64,000 nt of DNA from Rhodosorus marinus CCMP1338 (GCA_029953675.1 JAMWBK010000012.1:558001-622000), one strand, 5' to 3'. Shown: positions 23,556-34,622, counted from the first letter of the stretch. Translations and numbers: made by a program. The notes: a model not told the origin generated them from the sequence alone.

Positions 23556-24780
23556 TTTCGGATTGACTTCGTGAAAATCCTGCCTCTAGCTAACGAATCA
23601 AATAGATGGTCTAGGCCAAGGATACTTCAACCCTCGTGTGACTTTACTCAATAGTCTAAAATCTACGAGAGTCGAAGTTCATCCATTGTTTCCCTCAATA
23701 ATAACACTGGAGCGCCCCACAGCGAAGTCGAGGGCAAGAGCGCGTCTGTCTCTGTCCGCATCTCAGTCTGCTCCAGCGGGCTCAGCTGATATGAGGAGCG
23801 AAAGAGGGGAGTCGCATCCCCCATATCTAACTCCGCTTCCACGCTTCGAGCCTATGGCAACGACGTCAACTCCTCCACGAACATCTCAGCAATCTTCGAG
23901 CAAGTTCGACCAACTTCGACCAACTTCGACCGAAACACCCCGGCTTCTCGAGAGAGATCGGAGCTGTGTACCTCCTTAGTCGAGCCTAGTAGAAGAATGT
24001 CGTCCTCTTCCAACTTTTCCGCCCATTATAACAGTTGGATGCGAGGTACATCTCCGACCTGTTCCAAGTCTCAACACGCTCTGCAACATCGATCCCATCT
24101 CCGGTTCGCCAGATAACCAAGCGAGGCCCGGATGCACCACCACGTCGTTTTGCAGCATCCATGGGAGTCCCCTTGGTCTCCCGGTGTTGACTCCTGGACA
24201 TAAAACGTTTCCGCTTCATCCCACCTCGACGGCAATCCCAGGCGCACCCCTTGTAACGCTCCCGCGTTAATGCGATGTCCGAAGGCACCGGTGATAATTC
24301 GTGTTGTCGCCTCCGGTCGTAAGCCGCAACGAGTTTATGAAGCTTTAGACATAACATGCACCCCTGCGTCGACCGCAGCTCGACAGGGTGTCTTTCCTCC
24401 TGTGACCGCGGTTGCCGTGAACAACCCCGGTGGCTCGTTCTCCACCTTCCCAGCATCGTCTAGCAGCTCCTGAGCCACTGCACAAACCTAATTGACAACT
24501 CCATCCTCGCGCGCTGCAGAAGGAGAGGTGGCACGCACGAGAACGGACCAGTAACCCCATGGCACAGACCATCACCACTGCGGGCGCGCGAGGATAGAGT
24601 TGTCATTCAGGTTTCCGTAGTGACTCAGGAGGTGCTATATGTTAGTCTGGGGTAAATACTGTGCTATACGATGCTGGGCAGGTAGAGACCGAGCCACCTA
24701 GGTTGTTGACGGCAACCGCGGTCACAGGAGGAAAGACACCCTGTCGAGCTGCGGTCGACGCAGGGGTGAATGTTATAATA

Positions 24781-24851
24781 GGGTTACGTTAGTCTGGGGT
24801 TACGGGGTTACGTTAGTCTGGGGTTACGGGGTTACGTTAGTCTGGGGTTAC
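24781..24851 (+). repeat. 24-bp G-rich tandem repeat x3 at the 5' junction of a family B insertion
   Basis: (GGGTTACGTTAGTCTGGGGTTACG)x~3. Confidence 0.9.
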
Positions 24852-24859
24852 ATAACGTA

Positions 24860-26604
24860 TTTATGATGGTCTTCAACACGCGTTCAGGAGGTGCAACGCC
24901 GTGCCGGACGCAAATCGGTCCCGCTTTCGTTCCTGGAGGGAGCTGTTATGGGGACGAGCTGAAGCGATTGAGGATTCTCCCCTCGACCGAGTTCTTGCCG
25001 ATGACGGAGAGGCTCGCCCCGGGTCACCTGTTGCAGACTACCCGGGTTTGAGCCGATTGTGGAGCTCCCGCACTGATGTGATTCAACATAGCCTCACCTG
25101 GGGCCAACACAGTGCCGCTCACACAGTCATGCTCAATTCTCCTCTCACGCCGCCTCCCACTGCCGCTCGTCTCCGCGGCATGGGAGGCCACCTCTCGCAC
25201 TTGTGGTTAACCACTCTACCGTCGTCATTGAGTCATCGTCTCGATGCTTTCCAGTTCCGTTCTGCCGCACGGATCTATCTCGGTTTGCCACAGGCTCCGT
25301 GGCACTCTAATCGGCCGTCTTTCTGTCAGGGATGTGAGAGCCGGATTGACGCTTGTGGCTACCACTTCCTGGGTTCCTGCGGACTGTTGAGAGGTCTCCG
25401 TACGAGGCGTCACACTCGCCTCAAGTACATCCTCAGCGAATTTTTGACTCGGATAGGGCACACGGTTGAGGTTGAGTCGGAACTGCCCAGATCAATCTCG
25501 GACTCTGCACCGCCCCGTTGTATAGCCGATCTCCTCGTCTCCGACGCTGCTGCCAGACGCTCAACATACGTGGAGCTTGCGATTACCTGCCCCGTGGCCA
25601 GCGCCCACCTCGCCGCAGCCGCCCGCCGCCGGGGGACCGCGGCTTCAGCCCTTCGAAGAGTTAAGGAACGACGGTATGCTGAGAGCATGGCCAGTCTGCC
25701 TTGCGCTGAGGGTCGCTCTCACGGGTTCCAGCCATTCATTGTGGAAAGCTTTGGTCACGTGGATAAGTCGGGTTTAGAGTGGTTGCGGAAATGTTTTGCT
25801 GAGCATCCTACTGAATATTTGGCGCTCTGCAAATAACCTTTCTTGGGACTTGCACCGTGCTGCATATGGCCGACTCCTCGCGCAGATGGTCTCATCTAGT
25901 TAAAATGTGAACTCATAAATGTTAAAGAAGCGCTCATGGGTTTCTCAATCGCGGCTTCAGCCCTTCGAAGAGTTAAGGAACGACGGTATGCTGAGAGCAT
26001 GGCCAGTCTGCCTTGCGCTGAGGGTCGCTCTCACGGGTTCCAGCCATTCATTGTGGAAAGCTTTGGTCACGTGGATAAGTCGGGTTTAGAGTGGTTGCGG
26101 AAATGTTTTGCTGAGCATCCTACTGAATATTTGGCGCTCTGCAAATAACCTTTCTTGGGACTTGCACCGTGCTGCATATGGCCGACTCCTCGCGCAGATG
26201 GTCTCATCTAGTTAAAATGTGAACTCATAAATGTTAAAGAAGCGCTCATGGGTTTCTCAATCGCGGCTTCAGCCCTTCGAAGAGTTAAGGAACGACGGTA
26301 TGCTGAGAGCATGGCCAGTCTGCCTTGCGCTGAGGTTCGCTCTCACCGGTTCCAGCCATTCATTGTGGAAAGCTTTGGTCACGTCGATAAGTCGGGTTTA
26401 GAGTGGTTGCGGAAATGTTTTGCTGAGCATCCTACTGAATATTTGGCGCTCTTGAGGCGTTTAAGTGTCTCTCTTTGGCGATATTCCAGCGACATGCTTT
26501 CCGAGGCGCGCCATCGGCGCCTGGGGTTGCATGCTTCCCTCCCTAGTTATTAGTTCATCTTCACGCCTTGCGTAGCGCTTCAGGCTATGCTCGTAAAGTC
26601 CAGT
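24860..26604 (+). mobile_element. Family B1 composite insertion with an internal 312-bp chimeric tandem duplication
   Basis: B1 body 24860-25829; units restart at 25638, 25950 and 26262; complete B 3' end at ~26550-26604. Confidence 0.9.
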
Positions 26605-27219
26605 CCAATGTTATGTCTAAAGCTTCTGCAACTCGTTCTGGCTTGCGATCGGAGGCGACAGCGCGAATGATCTCCCGCGCTTTCGAGCACTGCATTCGCG
26701 CAGGAGTGTTACAAGGGGTGGGCCTGGGATTGTCGCCGAGGTGGGCTTCGACGGATACGTTTTGCTTCCACGAGTCGACACCGGGGGATGAGAACACACA
26801 AAGAAATCTCACTGAAAATCCTATCTTCTCGCGCCATTGGGGTTGTAGTATCTACCATGGCCACTGGGCACTCGTTCATCCTCGGTTTCGGGGAACAACT
26901 GTTGCCTACGAAACAGGTGTTCACATCCGCTTATCACCGCGGACAAACTCGGGAATCGAGCACTGGAATCGGACCAGGAGGTGTTTGCTGGTGAAACTGA
27001 CTCATGGCGCGGTCAACCGGTGGGACGGTATGTACATCAGGCGAACTTCCCCATGAGAGTGGTCCTTTAAATGCTTGTAGAAAGTTTTGCATCTGAAGAG
27101 CAAAGCTGATGAGCTGGACTCCCTGAACGGGGGGAGAAAGGGTGAACCTGGAAGTTTAGGAAAATGAACGGCGAGGAAATTTCTTGAAAAGGAAATGAAA
27201 ATGGACCTGTTTTGAGCGA

Positions 27220-27512
27220 GCACAAGTACGTGAATTATGCAGGGGTTTTGTCGTGCTCAGACATTCGTGCTTCGGCTCTAGCTCATCGCCTGGTACCTCT
27301 GGTCATTGAGTGCTTTGGGTTTACGGAGTCCGTTGGTTCTCGTTGGCTTCGGGAGTTGTTCCGCGAACGACGGTTTCTCCTTGTTGTTTACCCGTTTAGG
27401 TTGCTTGCTTGTGGCGTATGAACGCTGATTTGATGATGTTCGAGGCGCGCGATCTTTTTTCGACAGGCATAGTCTTTTTTCCCCCCTCAGGGTTTTTCCT
27501 TTTCAGTCTCCA
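27220..27512 (+). mobile_element. Decayed family A-like 3' fragment
   Basis: ASALAHRLVPLVIECFGF motif and T-tract UTR. Confidence 0.75.
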
Positions 27513-28053
27513 GAGTCTTTCAGCACAAGTCCATGTCCGAATTCGGGAAACCTGGGGGGTTGGGGAAAAAGTTCTGTGAGGGGTCATATCGAAGTCCGAG
27601 ACCTACTCGAAACTTTTATGGAAAGAATGATTTACCAAATCAAATAGTCCACTCATTTGATCCCGAGCCAGAGTCAAGAATTATGATTGGTGATGGTCCC
27701 TAAGAATCACCAATAAAAATTCTTGAGTCGTTTATAAATCAGGTTAAGGATTATGATTAGATGTTCTATAAGATACCTTGATGAATCTTTTACTCCCCGC
27801 GGATACAGTTATTGGTTTCGTGAGGGTGTATGGTGCTGGCTTTTGGTGGTTTTGAGTCGCAATTGTGTTCTTCGGTGGGAGGCGCTTCTTTCTGCAGCCT
27901 TTCCCCCGCATCTTCTAGTGGTGTGGTGCGTGCTGGGGGTTGCTAGCGCCCCTTGGAGGTCGTGGTGGTTTTTCTTTGGTTGCAAACGTTGGGAACAAGT
28001 TCTCTTTTTGGGGGTTTCGTGGGGGAATCGGTTTTTCACACCTTCCAATCGTT

Positions 28054-29178
28054 ATGGTTGGGGTTTCCCCACCTATTCCGGCGGACGGAGCCGTTCTCTC
28101 AGCGCGCGTGGAGCTCTGCGTGGGCGGGTTTAGTACCGCGGCCACCCTCACGGACTGCGCTGACGAGTTAGCCCATGGGATCTGCTCGAAACTGACGAGT
28201 CTTCTTGTGACTGCTTCCCAGGAACACCGCCTGCCCCTGCTGATCGCCTATTTGGAGCGCTTCTCCGCCTCCGCGCCTGCCCTATACCCCCCGGTGCCCG
28301 TCCTACGCAGGGGCTCTTCTGAACAACGCACGACGGCAATGGTGCGTATGATGCCACAACACATCCCTATTGACTCTTCTCGCCAACTATCTCCGTTCCA
28401 CTTTGTTTGGATGACGAACGTGCGTCCCCAGACCCCCTCTCGTGGTCGGGGCCGCGCGCCCGTCCACTACCGCGATTTTCGCGACACCATGGCTTCCTCC
28501 CTTGGGGTGGCCCCGTCTGAATTCCTATATGTGGACTTCACGGGCCCTCATGCCTGTTTTCTTGTTACTGACTCGGCTTACCAGTTCCTTCAATCGCTTG
28601 TAACCACCCCCGCGCCCCAGCGCTCTGCTCTGGCCAACATGATACTGACTCGTCCTCATGTCTCTTTGTTTGTCGAGTTCGATCGTTTTGACGCCGGCTG
28701 GGTTCCTCCGTCGGCCTTGCAAAACCTGGATGCCTCGCAGGCTTCGGTTGTCGCGCTACACACTCATGCGGCGCGGCTCTCGCGCATACAGGCGAGCCTC
28801 TTCGCGCGTTTTCCTCCTCGCGGGGTCCTCCGCACCGCGCTAGAGGCCTTCCTCTCCACTGAGGCCACCCTGCTGGAAGCCCACCCTGCGTTTGACCTTC
28901 TGCCGCCGACTCTTGAGCACCCTTCCTCCCCTCGCCCTGTCTCCGAGGCTCGTGACACCGACATGGCAGAAGCACCATCGGCCTCTCCGAATCCGCTGGC
29001 TCTGGACACCCTCAGTCAAGACTCCGCTGCTGAAAACCCTGTGTCTACTTTCTTCAGGTCTTTTAGTTCCTTCGTGCGCCCTCCACGTAAGCGTCGTGCG
29101 GCTCCTGAGCCTCCCTCCGAGGCACCTCCTCCGGATATTCGATCTGCCTTCCCGACTGAGGGGAGGCCCGATGTCTGA
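28054..29178 (+). CDS. ORF1 of family A element (374 aa, no recognised motif)
   Basis: First in-frame ATG at 28054; open to TGA at 29178; a divergent homologue lies at 53790-55195. Confidence 0.75.
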   Translation: MVGVSPPIPADGAVLSARVELCVGGFSTAATLTDCADELAHGICSKLTSLLVTASQEHRLPLLIAYLERFSASAPALYPPVPVLRRGSSEQRTTAMVRMMPQHIPIDSSRQLSPFHFVWMTNVRPQTPSRGRGRAPVHYRDFRDTMASSLGVAPSEFLYVDFTGPHACFLVTDSAYQFLQSLVTTPAPQRSALANMILTRPHVSLFVEFDRFDAGWVPPSALQNLDASQASVVALHTHAARLSRIQASLFARFPPRGVLRTALEAFLSTEATLLEAHPAFDLLPPTLEHPSSPRPVSEARDTDMAEAPSASPNPLALDTLSQDSAAENPVSTFFRSFSSFVRPPRKRRAAPEPPSEAPPPDIRSAFPTEGRPDV

Positions 29179-32100
29179 GTCTTCCTCCTCCGCGTGCGTG
29201 TCGTCCCGGTTACCCCTGTTTACCAGTGACCGCTCAGCCTGGCATGAGCGTGTTCTCTCGTGGTTTTCGCACCTTGTCGCCTCCTACCCGGACGGTTCCC
29301 TTCCCCTTTGTCGTCAGAGCACGGCCGTACGGCTCCCTCGTCGACTTCATAAGCCCCTAGGATTGGTGTTGGATTTTCTCTGGCAGCAGGTCGCGGCGAA
29401 CCCTCACTGCTCTCTTCGCTGGGAACTCTTGTTCTTTTTTTTCCCCGCCTCGTGCTCACCTCCTCTACCGTCCCCCTCAACCCACATCCTCGCCGGGTCC
29501 ACCCTCGCCGAAAACTGCAAATGTTCCTTTCCGGCGACTTTGAGGACCTCGAACGTCTTTATTTCGCTTCTCTCTCTTCCTTTTCTCCTAGTGCTCCCTC
29601 AGCTTTTAGGTCTTCTCGACAGAATCGGGCGCGTCACGCGGTGGCAGGCGGTGATCTGCGGCGGGCAGCCGGGATCCTCCAGCAGCGGCAACCTGTGGTT
29701 CCATACTCCAATGATCTTTCTTCACCGCTCCGTTTGCTCTTTCCCTCGGAAGGCTCCCCTTGGGACTCCTCGTTTGAATCAGTGTTGGAAGAGTACCGCG
29801 CCGCGCCACATCCCAGTGCGCGGTTAGTGGTCAATCTGGAGGCGGTGCGTGAGTTGGTTCATGATGCTCCGAAGGGCCGTTCCCCAGGGCCCTCGGGGCT
29901 GCGGGTGGAATATCTCCGTTTCTTAAGTGATGAAGGTTTGAAGGCGTTGGCGTGGGTGGTCGAAGCGCTTGTGAATGGTGATCCCCTGTGTGAGTGTGCG
30001 TGGTTCTTGGTCGGGCGTTCGCAGTTGTGTCTGCTTTCGAAGCCCGGCCACACGGCCTCGAGCCCTGCTATTCGCCCTATTGGCCTGGTTGAGGTGGTCC
30101 GCAAATTGGCGGCGCGATGGTTAGTGAAAATCCTGGTTCCCGAATCCCGCCGTTTCTTTGGGCACGTGCAGTTAGGCGTGGGCTATGGTGGTGGCTGTGA
30201 GTTGTTGTCTGTTTTACTCCGTTCGGAAATGGCGTACTCCCCAGATTCTGGGCTCCTCTCTGTAGATTTTACCAATGCGTTCAACCGCGTCTCTCGTCCG
30301 GCTCTCATGCACGTGGTGCGCGAAGTCTTCCCTGTAGGCTTTCCCTTTGTTAGTAGACTTTATTCTCCGCTTGGTCGTGGGGCTACATATGACACCCTTG
30401 GCGCTTCCTCACACACGTTTGCGGCGCGCACAGGGGTACAACAGGGTGATCCCTTGTCCCCTTTCCTACATGCCTGTGGACTACAACTCGTCTTGCTTCG
30501 TCTTCGCTCCGAATTCCCGCAGGTTCGTACAGTTGCATACCACGACGACGTGTGCCTCCTGGGGCCCCTTGATACTCTAGCACTCGCTTATGATCGTCTC
30601 CGCTCCTTGGCTTCGCGGGTTGACCTGGAGGTTAATCATCACAAATCGTTCTACTGGGGAGGTGTAGCTGCACAAGAGCAGCAGGTACCTGCGTCGTTCC
30701 AGGATATTTGGAGACCGGATGGTTTTGTCCACTTAGGCATCCCCTACGGGTCGCCGTCCTTCGTTGAAGGCGAGTTGCTGCAGCTCCTCGGTAAGCACAG
30801 ACAGCTGGTTGCAGAGCTTCGACGGCTACCTCCGGGCTTTCTCCAGTGCTCGTTGTTGCTGTTTCGGTATTGTTGCAGTCAGCGGTTAACCTATTGGCTT
30901 CGCTCACTTCCAACTCATTGGGGCCGGTGGTTGGCCACTCGTGCGGATGCTGAAAGTTTCCGTGACCTGGGGTATTTTCTCGATGAAGAGCTGAGCGCTC
31001 TGCCGCGACCCACCTGTGATGTTGTGCGCGCCCAGGTAGGCCTCCCATTGCGATTGGGGGGACTGGGCCTCTGCAATCGTGTTGTGGTCCAACCTGCAGC
31101 TGCAGTAGGGGCCTGGGGAACCGCACTTCCCACTTTGAGCAGCTTGGGTATCTCGAAGTTCCGCAATTTGATGGCGAGCCTCTCGCGGGGTGTCTTGCTT
31201 CCCAGCGTACCGGAAAGCGCCCAAGACTTGTTTCTGGAGCTCCAAACCGCCCTGAATTCCTGTACTAGTCTCCCTGAAACCGTTCAACCCCGTCTTCCTG
31301 ACTGGCGAGCTGTATTTGACCGCTCTCGAGGCTCCGCCCCGGGGATTCGTCCTGCGCCTGAACCTGTTCTAGGGGAGATTGACCCAGTGGTTGCCGCAGA
31401 AGAAGAAGTTCCAGTTGATGCTCCTGATGATTCCCAGCGCGCTGGGAGCCGAGCTCAAGCACGCACGGATGCGCTGCAAAATATCCTTTCTTGGGACTTG
31501 CACCGTGCTGCATATGGCCGACTCCTCGCGCAGATGGTCTCATCTTCTCGCGCTCGCGCCCGCCTACGTAGTCTTGGAGGGGTTATTAGCTCTCAGTGGC
31601 TCATGACCGTACCAGCCTTTCCGCCACTCACACTGTCGGATTTCGAAGTGCGTACTTCACTGCGCTTATACCTCGGCTTACATCAGCCCCCTTGGCCGTA
31701 CGAGATGGGTTCGTCGTGCCCTCTCTGCTCTCAGACTGAAGACAACGCAGATTTTGGCGCCCACCTGCTCGCTAGTTGCCCGGCGGTGAAAGGTGCTCGA
31801 ACCCGCCGCCACACACGGATCTTGAACCTGTTATACCGGGAACTTCGGCCTATAGTCCGGCAAGCCGGTCTGGAAATCGAACGTGAGAAACCTTTACCCG
31901 TCGCGGACTTTCAAAATGATGAACGCCGTGTAGCCGACCTGGTGATCACCTGTGACGACAGCCGCCGTACCACATACGTTGATCTTGCTGTTCCTAACCC
32001 TCAAGCTAGTCGTTATCTCCCGGCGGCGGGGGAGCGCCGTGGATCTGCCGCCGCCAGCATGAGACGCCGCAAAGAGATCAAATACGCGGGGGCTTTGTCT

Positions 32101-32316
32101 TCCCCTGGTGTTCGTGCTTCGGCACTAGCACATCGCTTGGTACCCCTGATCATTGAGTGCTTTGGGTTCATGGACTCTGTTGGTTCTCGCTGGCTTCGGG
32201 AGTTGTTCCGCGAACGCCCTGACCGTCTTCAATCGTTGTTTACCCGCTTAAGTTTCCTGCTGTGGCGCATGAATGCCGCTTTGATGTTGGAGGCGCGAGT
32301 ACTTCGCCGCGCTTAG
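29171..32316 (+). CDS. ORF2 of family A: reverse transcriptase + CCHC zinc knuckle + restriction-like endonuclease (one frame change at the T8 run, 29435-29442)
   Basis: ATG at 29171 overlaps the ORF1 stop; frame change into the 29452-32316 frame; motifs GRSPGPSG, RPIG, DFTNAFN, GVQQGDPLSP, YHDD, CPLC..H..C, RRH, VADL..YVDLAV, KEIKY, IECFG. Confidence 0.9.
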
Positions 32317-33066
32317 TCTTTTTTTCCCCTCGGGGTTTTTTTTTTCAGCCTCCGATTAAACCATTCGTTCGATGAATAGTGTGAATCTTAATACATCGAG
32401 AATCGCTCAATGAAGATGATTGGAAGTAGGTCGCAATAAGTGAAAATATTGGGTAAGTGATTGTGAAAAGTAAGAAAAATTTCTGAAAACGCAGTATCTC
32501 TCTTTTTTGTTTTGGTTCAGTTTCGGGGGGAGTCCCGAAGCTATAGTTGAGCGCCGTAAAGGAGACGAAAACATGGAGGGTGTTTTAACAACCACACACA
32601 CACAGTCAAAGGATGATGAAAGACAGGAATGATGATGATGATGAATACGAGATTGCGATCAGATGGCCAGTTGTACGCGTCCTAGATGTGAACGTTTTCC
32701 CCAAGCAACTTTGAAGAAGACGAAGCAACCGTCTTGCTCAGCAAGAGGAGAGGTCAAGAAGGATTATAAATTAGACTTGAAATTATTCAGGTAAACCTAG
32801 ACCAATATTTTGTGAAGGGCAGTGTTGGAACTCCATATGGGATCTCGGCATCTCATACAGGCTAGGGCGGGTGATTTAGATTAGAATCAGTTACTGCTAT
32901 ATCTAATATTGACGGAGGGTATAGCGCGTGCAGGGGATGGGATCAAAGGGGTCAACCTGTTCTGTTACAGCTTTGTCAAAACTTGGTAGTGTTCAGGAGA
33001 TAATTCAAGGCTCCATCAATCTATCCCTTATTATCAGATAATTAATTTCGAAACTGGAAATATACT

Positions 33067-34260
33067 CTACTGGTAACGTTTCTTCAAAACACACTTAGCC
33101 AAGCCTCTCCTGAATTCGGTGACAAACTCTAGCAGTCTTGCTCTGGAAACTCTGTGGCGAAGTTTCTCGTTCAGTGCCTCAAGTTGCTCGTCTACTTCGG
33201 CCTTGTCCAATGCAATTTGGGACTCGATGTCGTCCATGCGGGCGGTTATTCCGGAGATATCATCTACGCTCTGGGATTGTAGATCCACAATCGCGAGAAT
33301 TTCGGCGTCTATTCTTGCAATGTCACTCGAAGAGTCGAGCTTCGATGTTAACCTCGCATCCAATTCACTAATAAGCTCCTCCACTTCCACGAGGGACGTC
33401 TTGCCGTTCAAAGCGGTCTCCAGGTCGGTCAATTTTTGCCCTAGCTCCGCCTTCAGGCTTGCGATCACCTCATCAGTATCTGCCCGTGCTGCAGCAACCT
33501 CCGATGAGATCTTGAACTCAAGCCCGGATTCTACACCGTTAATCAGTTCAATCAGAGCGGTCTCCAGGTCAGTCAAGCCCTGACCTAGCTGATCAACATT
33601 TTGGTCTAGCTTCGCGTCCAGGGTTCCGACCAACCCAATAGTATTATCGTTTGCTGCTGCAATCTCCTGCGAGATCTTGTCTTCGAGTCTAGCTTCTACC
33701 TCGGTAATAGTTTGGCCCGTAGCGGCGTTCAGGTCTGTGACGTCTTGTTCTATTTCATCAATTCTTTGGTTTAGCTGTACCTCCAGACCATCGACCAATG
33801 CACCAGCGTGTGCCTTTGCCTCATCCAGGTTTTGAAGAATAGCAGCGGTTGTAAAGGTTACAAGAGTCGTAAGCTGCGCCTCGAGGCTATCGACGCGTGC
33901 AATTGTCGCGTTCAGTTCGGACTCCAAGTGTACGTTGGTTGCATTAAGCTCCGACAACAGGGAATTCTGGCTCTGGACGGTTTGGTTCAAAACTGTGATT
34001 AATGCGGCATTTTGCGCAATCACAACTGTGAGTTCGGTTAAGGACACACGGGACGAAATATCCAATTGGGGACGATAAACGCCGTCAAGATCCTGGTCAT
34101 CGCTACTCCCAGCCCAGGGCAGGTTAGACTCCAATGTTCCGTCCACCGAACGTATCGTGAAATGCTCATCTTGCAGTTGGGTGGACTGACCGAGAACCGC
34201 ATCGCAACCAAACAGAATCGCGAACAATACCACAACCCTAAACAAACCCTTTGCTTCCAT
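33067..34260 (-). CDS. Secreted, acidic, probably coiled-coil protein (397 aa), function unknown
   Basis: ATG start, hydrophobic N-terminus ending ..DAVLG, heptad-like Leu/Glu/Asp/Ala-rich body, several N-x-T sequons, basic C-terminal tail. Confidence 0.8.
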   Translation of the reverse strand: MEAKGLFRVVVLFAILFGCDAVLGQSTQLQDEHFTIRSVDGTLESNLPWAGSSDDQDLDGVYRPQLDISSRVSLTELTVVIAQNAALITVLNQTVQSQNSLLSELNATNVHLESELNATIARVDSLEAQLTTLVTFTTAAILQNLDEAKAHAGALVDGLEVQLNQRIDEIEQDVTDLNAATGQTITEVEARLEDKISQEIAAANDNTIGLVGTLDAKLDQNVDQLGQGLTDLETALIELINGVESGLEFKISSEVAAARADTDEVIASLKAELGQKLTDLETALNGKTSLVEVEELISELDARLTSKLDSSSDIARIDAEILAIVDLQSQSVDDISGITARMDDIESQIALDKAEVDEQLEALNEKLRHRVSRARLLEFVTEFRRGLAKCVLKKRYQ

Positions 34261-34597
34261 TTTCCTCTACCGCCCTCCTCACTCTTGTTCCGGTGACTTC
34301 CCTCCTTTTACAATTCCAGATCGATAAAAATCAGCGCTCCATTGCCCACCTTCCTTGCCTTGCAAAGCATACCGGACATCCTTTGCGATGTACTTGTAGT
34401 CTGCGACATACCCCGCGGCTACACTGCCTCAAGCAACTTCTAGTCCAAACACTTAGGTTTAATTTTCTACGAAAATTCTTACGAAGGAGAGCCATTTTTT
34501 ATTGATTCAATGGTGGTTTTACTAACCACTGGATTCAATGCGTTCAACCACTTCTGGATCCGCGAACTGTTCCGTACGCGCCAATCTAGTGGCGCAC

Positions 34598-34622
34598 CAG
34601 CCTCCGATTAAACCATTCGTTC
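34598..34622 (+). mobile_element. Family A 3'-terminal micro-fragment (25 nt)
   Basis: CAGCCTCCGATTAAACCATTCGTTC, identical to the family A terminus. Confidence 0.7.

Larger units (their letters stand above)
24180..26790. repeat. Diverged long inverted repeat; right arm split by a family B insertion
   Basis: ~24180-24430 is the reverse complement of ~24700-24776 joined to ~26603-26790; TSD AATGTTAT at 24769-24776 and just after the B tail (~26605). Confidence 0.75.
27787..32370 (+). mobile_element. Apparently full-length family A CRE-like non-LTR retrotransposon (4.58 kb)
   Basis: TSD GATGAAT at 27780-27786 and 32371-32377; GT-rich 5' UTR, ORF1, RT-CCHC-RLE ORF2, ATTCGTTC tail, no poly(A). 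Confidence 0.92.

Noticed and set aside
27780-32377. Strict targeting of a multicopy gene (SL RNA, U2 snRNA, tRNA, rDNA) as in known RLE elements
   Set aside because: Flanks differ at every copy, and no such RNA gene was recognised around the insertions
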